Shown piece by piece: positions 1 to 10,729 of a stretch of DNA of 64,000 bases (position 1 is its first letter; every line of letters begins with the position of its first letter). This DNA comes from Macrostomum lignano (Eukaryota): positions 1-64,000 of the forward strand of contig NIVC01001165.1 in assembly GCA_002269645.1 (NCBI GenBank), in the 5' to 3' direction. A program made the position numbers and the translations under genes. The notes below the pieces were generated by a model. The model was given only the letters and a program-made list of their open reading frames with translations, did no database searches and was not told the DNA's origin.

Positions 1-239
1 GATCCTTACGAAAGACCATAGACATACGAACTTTTCGAGAAAAAGTCTTTTGTGCAAAGTTACGAACTCGTAAAGTTGCGATCAATCTTACGCATAGCTA
101 ACACTTGCGAGTCCTTCGAGCAACCCGTAAGTGTAGCTTACCCACTTACGTCTATGGCCGATCGTAAGTTGCTTCAAGAAAGACCCCCACATGCCGAAAT
201 TGAATGTGGTTCGCTGAAATGGAATGGCAAGCATGCTTA

Positions 240-1288
240 TGAAGTACTGTGTCTTGCTGCTTCCAATCAGTTGCGAGAGCTGGCCCACCTTGAGCTCCCC
301 TGGGAAGTCTCCAGGTTGATCTAGTAGCGTCGGTAGTGCTGCACCAGCTTCGCAGAGTCGCAGCCTTCGGTGAGGTGCTGAGCTCGTAGAAGCAAATAAC
401 TAAGACGAGAGAAAGAGACTCGCACTCCGTGCAGATTTAGCAGTCTCGCGCAGAGGTGCCCCCCGTCAGCAGTCCCCGCCGGGCTGTGCGGGGCGAGAGC
501 GAAAGTGCTAGCCGGGCGATCCGAGCTGGCCTGCTAGCTGATAGCAGGAACAATCAGAGGCAGTCACGCGCAAAGTCGGGAGCTTGGAGTTCACTTGAAG
601 CGCAAACTTGGCACACAAACTTAGAGTTCGCTAGAAACGAAAACGGGAACGCGGAAAACGCTAGAAACGGTAGGAACGGAAGGAACGAAAGGAAACGCAA
701 GGAAAACGCGCTTGTCTGAGCCAAGCCAGGAGAGGGGCTGCATTTATAGGAGGATCGATTGCACCATAGCACGAAAGGCCCCCGCTGAGAGTCATAAGTG
801 ACTCTGTTGCTATTTTTAGCAACAAACAAGCGGGCCCTGCCTCAGAGGAGGCAAGGGGGGGTCCGGGCGCACGTGATCTCCCCATAAACACGAGCCCAGC
901 GTACAATGATGAAATCATTGCACTTTGGACTAAAGAAGGAAGAGGGCCTTGTCATGTGACTGACTCACATGACAAGGGGAAAAGGCCCACAAGTGAAGGC
1001 ACTCGTGACCGTGGGACCGGAAAACAGGAAGGCACTCCAAATTTGGAGATGCCTGACAGAGAACGAAACAGAGGCAGGCCAGACCAAGCTGTCTGGGCAC
1101 TGCAAAAAGGGAAAGCGAGACAAAAGGGGCAAACGAGGACAAACAGACAGACAGACAAACGGGCAGAGGACAGGCCAGGGACAGGCGGGAGGGACAGGCA
1201 ACTGCCCAGCGGCAGACAGAAACCTGGGGAGAAGGCGAGGGCAACAGCTGACTAGTGCGGCGCCTAACTAAACTAGCGACTCACTACA
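240..1288 (-). repeat. 3' LTR of element A
   Basis: Near-identical to 9235-10293 (scattered 1-bp indels and substitutions); sense strand begins TGTAGT and ends ACTTCA; TATA-like TATAAA at 743-748. Confidence 0.95.
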
Positions 1289-1300
1289 CTCTCCCCGTTC
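1289..1300 (-). promoter_or_regulatory. Polypurine tract of element A
   Basis: Sense GAACGGGGAGAG directly before the TG of the 3' LTR. Confidence 0.85.
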
Positions 1301-1689
1301 AAATAAAGAGGCGGAGTGAAGCGGCGCGCGCTTTATTTAAAACAAAGTAAACGTGAATTTACTGACAAAAGAAAACACACAAAATTTCAAATGCGCTCGT
1401 GAAATTGCGCGACTGGCCAGGTCGTAAAGATAGTGGCCTGATACCGCGGGGCGCCAACCCGCTAATAGCCTGCGCCTAACTATTCCTCGTGCTCCAGCCC
1501 GCAAAATTAGTGCTCGAATTTGGTGTGGGGGCGCCGGCCCACCCTAGAAATGGCGCCTAAATATTGCGCGGGCGATACCTGAATACACAAGCCAACCGGC
1601 TTAAAATTCCTGCATAAGGGCGCTTAACTAGCGCGGCAAACGGGGCAACTTCATTGTCAACAGGGCGTACATCAGCGTACGGCCGCCAA

Positions 1690-2791
1690 TCAGTCAAAAT
1701 AGCACAGACGCGGAGTCATCAAGAGCATCGGCAGGTCTTCTTCCCCGCCGCCCATGAATCGGGCAACGCGGACGGCCGCCAGGTGGAGAGCGTACGGCCG
1801 GTTCGGCCGCTCCAGGTCGGGGCCGGCCAGGCCGACCGCCTCCGCGAATAACCGGCTCCTCCCTCGGCCGTGGTTTGACGGAGCTCCGCCCAGATCGGGC
1901 CACCGAGGTCAACGATTTCTCCGCCTTGCCGAGCCGCTCTGACGAGTACAGCGCTTATCAGGTGGGCGCCGGCAGCGATGACGGTAGCTCGGTATTCCGG
2001 TATTGGCGACTCCGTTTGAGTGCCGGTATCGAGCGTTTCCGCCGGACGTTCGGGCGATGGTGGCGGGGCCCTGGGCAGGGTGCGGCGCAGCGACGCGGCC
2101 AGGTCGGTCCAAACAGCTGAGGAGCATGCGGCCGCTCCCTGAGTGTCATCGGTCCAAGACATCGGAGACGGGGCCGCGTCGGGATGCCTGGCGTCGTCGA
2201 GATCCCCTCCGCGTTCATCTGTTCCGCCGGGCCTGCCGTGGTGCTCCGACCCGACTCGCTCACGGGCCGCCGGCCGAGCCCCGTCGATGTCTGGAAGGGA
2301 ATTGCGGACTTGGAGGCGGATGTCCGCCAAGCCCGCATCACCTGCTGTTCCAGCTGCACGTAAGCCAAAGCGGCCGCGATCCGGTCGACCATGAGTGTCC
2401 GCGCAGTCGCGTCTGGCGATGGCGAGTCGCGCGTGAGGTCGATGACTTCGGCGAGTGTCGTTGACCCCGACGGGGTGTTGAGCTGCATGGCTCTCCAGAA
2501 CGGGCGAAGGGCTTCGCCTGGGTGCCGATGTTCGGAGTGGCCTCCCATTCCGCCTCTGGGGCTCGGGAGACGGCGTGCGACGGTGAGGGCGCCGATCAAC
2601 CTGGCGCGTCGGCCTCGCCGAGCCGTTGCCTTCAGCCCTGAGTCTCCGGTTAATTGTCTCCAGCGGGCGCCGCGGGATCCCCATGGTCTCTGGCGAGACC
2701 GGGTACCAGGTCGGCGCCGGCTACGGCTAGGCCGCCCTTGCTCCGCATCGGACGAGGAGCTTGAGCTCACGTGGAGCGGACGCTTGTGCAT
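1690..2791 (-). CDS. Putative accessory ORF3 of element A (non-env, unknown function), reconstructed across two frameshifts
   Basis: GC-rich coding-like sequence between IN and the PPT. ATG at 2791 follows a 3'-splice-like CCTTGCAG (AG at 2800-2799). The most protein-like path is MHKRPLHVSSSSSSD...EVIDLT...DRIAAALAYVQLEQ, then DAGLADIRLQ...IWAELRQ, then LFAEAVGLAG...PRLCYFD* (stop at 1692-1690). Confidence 0.55.
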
Positions 2792-2849
2792 TTCTGCGCT
2801 GCAAGGTTTTAATTTGTGCACACGCATGCGGGCGGTGCGACTAACGTAC

Positions 2850-5800
2850 GTTTTGGCCCTAGGATCGCTAATCAGAAGCCTCTCCGGCGGCCTCCGATCC
2901 CTAACTGGCCTACCTACCACTACTGGTATGGGAGACGCTTCCACCTGAGTGGTGCAAGGAGGTGGCGCAGGAGACTGCACCGCCGAAAAAGGTTCGGGAA
3001 GGGGGACGCATGGACAGGTGAAAAAGAAGCAGCAGGTGCAGACGCATTCAAACCAGGCACACCATCATGGCGATCACCATACGGCAGTGGCTCACGCCGA
3101 AATGCACTTGCCTGGTTCGCTGGTGTCGTGACCGGTCCACCTCCTGGCTGCACATCCGGGATCGCCAACGGCCGGAAGCGCCACCGGAAGGCCGGCCATG
3201 CGTCATCGTCATCATCATCATCAGGATCGTCCTCCGGATCGGTGTCAGGGTCGCGGGTCCTGCACCGTCCGGGGCATCAGTCAACCTGCAGCGCTTCTTG
3301 GCCTGGTCGACTTCTGGATCCGAAGTCAGCTGGTAGTCGGCATCAGGGACGAGTAGCAGATTCCGGCGATGGACTACTAGCTCGTCGCGCCTGGCCCGCG
3401 GGTTTGGCACTCTACGGCGAATCTTGTAGACGACCTCGCCCTTGGGTTCGACTACCTCGTACAGCGCTTTGCGAGGTCGATGGAACTTCGCCGCTTCATC
3501 CGGTTCGAGCACCGGGTTGTTGAGGAAAACCAGGTCACCAGGTTGGAGCTTCTTGGCAGCGGGCAGGTTCGAATAGTGCTCGTCGCGCAGTTGCTGATGC
3601 AGATGCAGGCGTTCTTTAGCTAGCTCAGTCGCTTCGTCTAAACGGCGCTGGAAGTCCTTGACATAGTCAGGCAGATTGGCATACTCCGGCAGCTTCTTGA
3701 TCGCGTTGTCGATTGGTAGTCGAAAGTCTCGACCAAACACCAGGTAGTGAGGCGTGAAACCTGTCACCGGTGTACACTAGAGCGGAGCGCCATCAAGCAG
3801 GCTGGGAGGAAGGTGTCCCAGTCGTTATGGTTGCGCTCGAGGAGGCAGGTGAGGACACTCTTCAGCTGCTTGTTGAGGTTCTCGACTTGCCCATTAGAAG
3901 CTGGGTTGTACGGTGTTGTCGTCGTATGCCGGATGCCAAACAGGTCGCAGAACTTCTTGAAAGCTGAGCCAGTGAAATTGGTTCCTTGATCAGTGTGTAT
4001 CCAGCATGGTACACCAAAGTCAGGGATCAAGCGCTCCTGCAGGATCTTGATGACCGTCTTGGCTTTCTGGTTCCTCATCGGATAGGCGAACGGGTACTTC
4101 GACGTCGCGTCGCATAGCGTCAAGATGTAGCGGTTCCCGCTCTTGCTCTTCTGGGCATAGGGCCTACTACATCGCAATGTACTCTTCCCAGGACTTCGCA
4201 CACAGGGAAGCTCTGTACAGGTACTCGGTCTCGTCTTCGGGATTTACTTTCAAGACAGGCGCGGCACTTACTGATAAAGTTCTCGGTGACACGGGCTAAT
4301 CCGGGCCTCCAGAATCGTTCACGTAGCCGCTTCAACGTCTTCGTCTGGCCGAGGTGTCCACACAGTGGCGAACTGTGGAGCTCCTGGAGCACCTGGGCAT
4401 CTAGAGCTTCGGGCAGGACAACCTTCGGGGCTGCTGGCCATCAGTCAGATCGATCATCAGCAGGCCGTTGTCCTCTCGCAGATTATCATAATATCCGAGC
4501 AGATTCCGCTGCTCCTTCGTCAGTCGCAACCGGGCGTCGAACTCAGGCTTCGGGCTTTGTTCTCGACCAAGTTGAGCACGTAGCTGATTGCTCGGTCGGC
4601 GCGCTGCGCGTCGACAAACTGTTGCCGCGTCATCGGCAACCTCATAAAATCAGTGAGCACTGCGCGGCATGGCTGAGGGTTCCGGATTTCCTCAGTCTCC
4701 GCTTCTGTGGCTCGCAGTTGATCACACGACTCCGTCTTGTCGGCGTCAGGATTAGGTCGCTCCGAGGGACTTTGTCTCACAACGTCGGCGTACGATCGCT
4801 GATCTCGTTTCGAAGTTCTCATCGTCGCTCTCTTGACAGGAATTTCCGCAGCTGGAGCAGTGCACTTGCCTCCACTGCACAGCCCAGGCGACTCTTGGCT
4901 GTAGGGCGAGACGCAACACGTGAAGCACGCCTCGTCGCAGGCAGCCGTAGCCGTCGGCTCGATCATCGTCGTCATTGGGTGAGTCTTCTCCAGCACTGGG
5001 CGGTGTCGCAAAGGGGGACTCGACTTTCCGCACAGGCGATGAGCAGCTGTCTGTCGGCTCGGGGGACAGAGCGTTGACCTTGCAGCCGTCGCGAGAGTCT
5101 GGCCTCTGTCAACACGGCGAGAACTCTCAGCGCAAAACTCCGGGGAGTTGAACTTACATTGCTGGTCTGGATTCGCGTTGTGGGCTGTCATCAGAAGGGC
5201 TGCTTGTTCAGTGGCCTCTGAGTCGTGGTCCATGGGCGTCTCCAGATTCCGAGACCCGCAGTCTTGGACATCATCAAGGAGGTCTACGTCAGCAGTGGCC
5301 TCCGAGGGTTTGTCCGGGCGAATCTCCAAGTAACGGCAGTCGGCGTGGGCGTCGCTGCGGAGGGCTGAGGTGTCAGTGGCCTCCGGGTTGGTGTCCAAAC
5401 CGGTCTCCAGGCGTTGACTGCAGCGATGGTCGTCGTGCTGAAGGACTGCTGGCGCAGTGGCCTCCAGGTCTTCGGCCAGGGCAGTTTCGGCCTCCTTGTT
5501 GCGAGTGTGGACCTTCTTCGTGCGGGCTGCTCTCGCAGTGGCCTCACGTGTGGTGTCCAATTCCGGCTCCAGGCTGGTGTCATCACCGGGTCGGGCTGCA
5601 GAACCGGGGTGCTCAGCAGTCGGCCATGCTCGAAGTCAACCGGTGGTGTCTCCGGGCGTCTTGACAGGGCGTCAGCGTTGGCGTGGTCCTTGCCTTTGCG
5701 ATGGTGAAGCTGGAAGCGGAACTCGCTTAATCGCTCAATCCAACGGCCCAAGATGCCTGTGACCTGCGTCTGGTTCAGCAGCCACAGCAAGGCCCGATGG

Positions 5801-8047
5801 TCAGAACGAACTTCAAACTTCTTGCCGATTAAATAATGACGGAAATGTCGCATCGCGTCCACGATTGCAAGCAGCTCTTTCTTCGTGACCGTGTAGCGCT
5901 TCTCAGGATCACGAAGCTTCCGGCTAAAGAATGCAATTGGGCGCTCGACGCCGTCGGATTGCCGTTGTCCAAGACAAGCGCCTATGCGAATGTCTGAGGC
6001 ATCCGTGTCTAGGACAAACTTCACATTAGGATCTGAGTTAAACTCAGGCAGAGCGAGAACTTCAGTCGAACACAACTTCTTCTTCAACGTGTCGAACGCT
6101 ACCTGGTGCTCATCAGTCCAATGCTGCCGCAGGCTGCCGATGTCCTTTCGAGTCAGGGCATGTAGCGGCGCAGCAAATCCAGCGTAGCCGTTGACAAACT
6201 TGTGGTAGTAATTGGCGAGGCCTAGGAATTGTCTCAGTTGAGTAACGTGATTGGCACGGGCCAATCACGGATCTGCGCAATCTTGTCCTCACAGGTCTTC
6301 AGGCCGTCGGGAGTCACGACGTGGCCTAGATAATGCAGCTCCTTGAGGAACAAATGGCACTTCTTCGGCTTGACCTTGAGGTTGGCTGCGATAATCCGCT
6401 GGAGTACAGTCCGCAGGTTGTCCAGCTGCTCCTCGAAGGTCACAGAGTGCACCACGATGTCATCCATGTAGCCAAGCGCAGTCTTTGGCGTCAGGCCGTC
6501 CAGGAGCTTATTGATGCAACGCTGAAAGCTGCCTGGACTATCGTGGAGACCCATCGGTAGAACATTGAAACAGAATTGTCCGCGGTCAATCACAGAGAAC
6601 GCCGTCAGGTGCTGATCGCAGTCGCGCAGCGGGATCTGCCAGAATCCTTGAGCGAGATCCAAGCTAGAGTACCACTGGGCACCACGCAGCTTCGCGAAGG
6701 TCTCCTGAATGTGCGGCAGCGGGTACGGGTGGTACACACACTTGTCGTTGAGAGCTCTGAAGTCATGCACCAGCCTGATGTTGCCGTCCTTCTTGGGCAC
6801 TATCAGCATTGGCGAGTTGTAGCTAGAATAAGCCGGGCGAATGATGTGCTTCGCCAGCATCTCGTCTAGCAGGGCGTCTAGCTTGTCCTTCAGATGAGGC
6901 GGGATCCTGCGCGGTGGTAGCGCAACTGGTGTCCGATCCTTCAGGATGATCTCGTGGGTCACCAAGTGTGTCAGGCCAGCGTCTAGCAGATGCTTCGAGA
7001 AGGCTGCTTGACACTCAACTAGTAGATCTCGCACTCTCTGTCGTTGATCTTCGGACAGCTCGCTGTTGATCTCGACTTCCTCTAGCCAAGCTGTGCTGGA
7101 CTCTTCAGGGCTCCTTGGCAAATGTCGCACTTCAGGTTCCGGCGTCTCTTCCAGGTACATCAGGTCGGCAGTTCTAAGTGGTGTCGCAACCCAACGCGGA
7201 TGCCCGACTGCAGGAACACCTCGCAGTCAGCAGTGTTGACGACCTCGATGTAGCCTCGACCTTCAGGCATCGTCATCAGAGCTGGAGCTGCTTCCAGAGT
7301 GTTGCAGCTGGGGTGCAGTCTCGACTTCACCAGCTCGACGATTGATGGCGATCCTCGGTTCTCGGGGTGGCCGACATCCAACTGGACGGCCAACAGCGCT
7401 GAGCTTCTCGGCGGCAGAGTGCACTTCTCGGAGGTGTACACCCGGCATGATTGAAGCTCACGGCGCGAATAGCGAACGGGAATGCACGCGCCATTGTTGA
7501 ACTTTAACATTCCTTGCGCAAAGTCCAAGTTTTGGCAGTGTTCACGCATGAAATTAATACCAAGCAAATTTTCACAATCGGTGACCGTGACCAGGAATTC
7601 GGTGTCCGCGACGACATCACCAAACTCCACCGGGATGATCACCTTACACGCAAGGGGTAGCTGCGTACCGTCGTACATGGTCACGCAATCCGGGATAGCA
7701 TGCGATATGATACAACGAGGCATCCGACGTCTAACATTGGCCCAGGTCGACGCTCCAAGAAAGTTTTTCCGACTGCCGCTGTCTAGTAGGAAAGGGACTT
7801 CTCGGCCCGCCAATCGGCCGGTGACGTACGGATCAGCCTCACGCGCATGGATTTTTTTATCATCGGAGGTGTCCACGAAACCTCCGCACTCAGCCTCACT
7901 TACTGATGAGCGACTGTCGGACTGGGCATTGGCGTCTGCGCAGCCGACATCCTCTTCTTCTGGTGAGCGTTCGGAGTCTGCCAAGTAGCCGGGGCTTGGG
8001 CTCTGCGGAGGGCGTTGCCGTGGGCGCTCTCCGTCTCGCCGTTTCCC
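2850..8047 (-). CDS. pol: Pol of element A (PR-RT-RNase H-long linker-IN), broken by several frameshifts as assembled
   Basis: PR FLLDSGS (7160-8068); RT SPMLIVPKKDG, DLAQGFWQ, GYMDD (6234-7160); RNase H LDTDAS, KKELLAI, SDHRAL (5284-6264); IN HSSPLCGH...CRAC, HCDVVG, HTDQGTNF, SNGQVE (3764-4392); GPY/F-like tail and RPVRDRRPPERL at about 2880-2910. Confidence 0.92.
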
Positions 8048-9069
8048 TGGTTCTGGCGTAACGGGCACTGTGCATTGCGATGACCAGGCTGACCACAGCC
8101 ATAGCAGATCATGGCTTTCGCCGGCGGACTCGTTTTCTGCTGCTGGTCACGCTGCACCAGGTTGTCTAGCAGTCGCTGCTGTTTCTCTAGCAGATCAGTC
8201 AGAGCTAGGAGAGCTTGAGCGGTGGCGTCGGGCGTCGGGTCACCGTCGCGCTCCCCGTTCAGCATGCGAACCGGGGGTTGAGCAGAGCGCTGCGCCAGTT
8301 CCTTGGCGCCTTCCAGACGATGGAGTTCTCGAATAGCGGCCAGCAGATTGTTCGGGCGGACCCAATAGAGCCGCTCGCGCAGATCTGGTGTCGTCCTGAT
8401 GCCAGCTAGGAACTGATCAGCCAGCTCCCGCTCTCGATCCTCAGGGTGCATTCGAGGGTACGCTCGCTCTCCCAAGGTGCGCAGGGCATCAGCGTACTCT
8501 TCTGCTGACTCATTCTTGCCTTGCTGACGGCGCCTCAGCAGCTCTCGATATTCATCCGCGCCACCGTGGCGGGCGAATCTCTCGATCAGTCGCTGCCTGA
8601 CCTCCTCGTAGCCAGCATAGCGTGGGAGGTGCATACTGAGCAGAGCCGGGTAAGCAGTAGCCAGATCTAGACTCGCAACGAGGTGCTGCTTCATCTCGAT
8701 CGGGTCTTCAATACGCTCCATCTCGCAGCGTTGCTCGAACGCGGCGAGCCAGACATGGATGTCCTGGCTGGGCGTGTACTTTACAATCTTAACAGACTTG
8801 CTTACCGGCCGCTCCATCTGCTGCTGCAGAGCTGCCATCATCGTTCTCACATCCTGGGGCCTGATGTTCTGGCCGAGGTCGTCCAAACCTGGCAGAAGCT
8901 CGTCTGGCGGGTCTTCGGACACTTCGCTTCTCGCACTTCGCCGCGGCATCTGCTGACCAAGGTCGTTGACCGCTGCTGCTGCGGCAGCCGATGCTGCTGC
9001 AGGTCTCGAACTGCTGATGTGCTGATCCAGCCGGCTGCTGCACCGGCTCTCTTCTCTCTCGTTAAACAT
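7900..9069 (-). CDS. gag: Gag of element A (capsid plus CCHC zinc knuckle)
   Basis: 389-aa ORF with Gypsy capsid-like motifs (DIHVWLAAFE; QQGKNESAEEYADALRTL) and CYGCGQPGHRNAQC (CX2CX4HX4C). Confidence 0.92.
   Translation of the reverse strand: MFNEREESRCSSRLDQHISSSRPAAASAAAAAAVNDLGQQMPRRSARSEVSEDPPDELLPGLDDLGQNIRPQDVRTMMAALQQQMERPVSKSVKIVKYTPSQDIHVWLAAFEQRCEMERIEDPIEMKQHLVASLDLATAYPALLSMHLPRYAGYEEVRQRLIERFARHGGADEYRELLRRRQQGKNESAEEYADALRTLGERAYPRMHPEDRERELADQFLAGIRTTPDLRERLYWVRPNNLLAAIRELHRLEGAKELAQRSAQPPVRMLNGERDGDPTPDATAQALLALTDLLEKQQRLLDNLVQRDQQQKTSPPAKAMICYGCGQPGHRNAQCPLRQNQGNGETESAHGNALRRAQAPATWQTPNAHQKKRMSAAQTPMPSPTVAHQ
8006..8047 (-). promoter_or_regulatory. Predicted -1 ribosomal frameshift signal (G GGA AAC plus hairpin)
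   Basis: Heptamer at 8047-8041 is phased X_XXY_YYZ in the gag frame; the -1 frame is the protease ORF (PGKRRDGE...); after a 7-nt spacer comes the stem CGGAGAGCG/CGCCCTCCG (8033-8025 / 8014-8006). Confidence 0.8.
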
Positions 9070-9209
9070 TTCAAATTAGTAGAATAGCCGAATTCTTACT
9101 CGAAAGAGCGGTTGTCTTGGGTGTAGTAGTAGTCGAATCTTGACTTGTCGGATCCCAGATAGTCGTGTCGTTGACTCGTCGAATCCCAGATAGTCGTGTC
9201 GTTGACTCG

Positions 9210-9233
9210 TCGAATCCCACCGCTGAGTCACCA
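9210..9233 (-). promoter_or_regulatory. Primer binding site, tRNA-Leu-like
   Basis: Sense sequence TGGTGACTCAGCGGTGGGATTCGA, 1 nt from the LTR; complementary to a tRNA-Leu 3' end (recalled as ...TCGAATCCCACCGCTGCCACCA) apart from ACT in place of G. Confidence 0.8.
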
Positions 9234-9234
9234 A

Positions 9235-10293
9235 TGAAGTACTGGTGTCTTGCTGCTTCCCAATCAGTTGCGAGAGCTGCCCACCTTGAGCTCCCCTGGG
9301 AAGTCTCCAGGTTGATCTAGTAGCGTCGGTAGTGCTGCCACCAGCTTCGCAGAGTCGCAGCCTTCGGTGAGGTGCTGAGCTCGTAGAAGCAAATAACTAA
9401 GACGAGAGAAAGAGACTCGCACTCCGTGCAGATTTAGCAGCTCTCGCGCAGAGGTGCCCCCCGTCAGCAGTCCCCGCCGGGCCAGTGCGGGGCGAGAGCG
9501 AAAGTGCCAGCCCCGGGCGGTCCGAGCTGGCCTGCTAGCTGATAGCAGGAACAATCAGAGGCAGTCACGCGCAAAGTCGGGAGCTTGGAGTTCACTTGAA
9601 GCGCAAACTGGGCACACAAACTTAGAGTTCGCTAGAAACGAAAACGGGACGCGGAAAACGCTAGAAACGGTAGGAACGGAAGGAACGAAAGGAAACGCAA
9701 GGAAAACGCGCTTGCCTGAGCCAAGCCATGAGAGGGGCCGCATTTATAGGGAGGATCGATTGCACCATAGCACGAAAGGCCCCCGCTGAGAGTCATAAGT
9801 GACTCTGTTGCTATTTTTAGCAACAAACAAGCGGGCCCTGCCTCAGAGGAGGCAAAGGGGGGGTCCGGGCGCACGTGATCTCCCCATAAACACGAGCCCA
9901 GCGTACAATGATGAAATCATTGCACTTTGGACTAAAGAAGGAAGAGGGCCTTGTCATGTGACTGACTCACATGACAAGGGGAAAAGGCCCACAAGTGAAG
10001 GCACTCGTGACCGTGGGACCGGAAAACAGAAAGGCATTCCAAATTTGGAGATGCCAAACAGGGAACGAAACAGAGGCAGGCCAGACCAAGCTGTCTGGGC
10101 ACTGCAAAAAAGGGAAAACGAGACAAAAGGGGGCAAACGAGGACAAACAGACAGACAGACAAACGGGCAGAGGACAGGCCAGGGGACAGGCGGGAGGGAC
10201 AGGCAACTGCCCAGCGGCAGACAGAAACCTGGGGAGAAGGCGAGGGCAACAGCTGACTAGTGCGGCGCCTAACTAAACTAGCGACTCACTACA
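9235..10293 (-). repeat. 5' LTR of element A
   Basis: Direct repeat of 240-1288; followed on the sense strand by the PBS. Confidence 0.95.
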
Positions 10294-10604
10294 CTTAAAT
10301 TAAATGAATATTTGGTTGGCTAAATTTAGATTGCCGATTTTGAATGCCAGCTTGCTGAAATTGAATGCCACTTTGGTTGAAATTGAATGCAAAAAGGTGT
10401 ACTAGCTGCACGTGTATGTTATTTGTATGTCTGTAATGTATGCTTTTATGTATGTACCAGGCTCAAAGCAGCATTGTACGATGCATATACCCCTCGTACG
10501 TATGTTTTATGTACATGTATGTATACCCATGTAAATGCTGTGTACATTTTTGTTTCGATGTATGTATGAATGTATTTTTATGTATTCAGAGTCGTAAGAC
10601 TAGT

Positions 10605-10729
10605 TGTAGTCGCTGACGCGGCATACATGTAGTTGTACTTGTGGTAGTCGTATTTAGACTTTCTATATAAGAGGCTCGTATACTTGAGGAAATGTATTGA
10701 CTGATGGACTGAGAAGCAATATTACTACA
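10605..10729 (+). mobile_element. Possible short solo LTR
   Basis: TGTAGT...ACTACA inverted ends, internal TATATAA, and flanks TAGT/TAGG (3 of 4 matching as a TSD). No partner LTR is visible. Confidence 0.3.

Larger units (their letters stand above)
240..10293 (-). mobile_element. Full-length Ty3/Gypsy LTR retrotransposon (element A)
   Basis: Two ~1.05 kb direct LTRs (240-1288, 9235-10293) with TG...CA ends; 4-bp TSD CTTA at 236-239 and 10294-10297; PBS and PPT adjacent to the LTRs; domain order gag-PR-RT-RNaseH-IN on the minus strand. Confidence 0.96.

Noticed and set aside
456-1271. Short ORFs inside the LTRs (also 9264-10276)
   Set aside because: Their frames differ between the two LTR copies and their composition is low-complexity; no evidence of coding constraint.
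1690-2791. Calling ORF3 an envelope gene
   Set aside because: No signal peptide, furin site/fusion peptide arrangement or TM anchor in any reconstructed frame.
2391-9087. Plus-strand ORFs antisense to gag/pol (2391-2948, 2816-3523, 4286-5077, 7482-7988, 8683-9087)
   Set aside because: Shadow frames expected opposite GC-rich coding sequence; no recognisable motifs.
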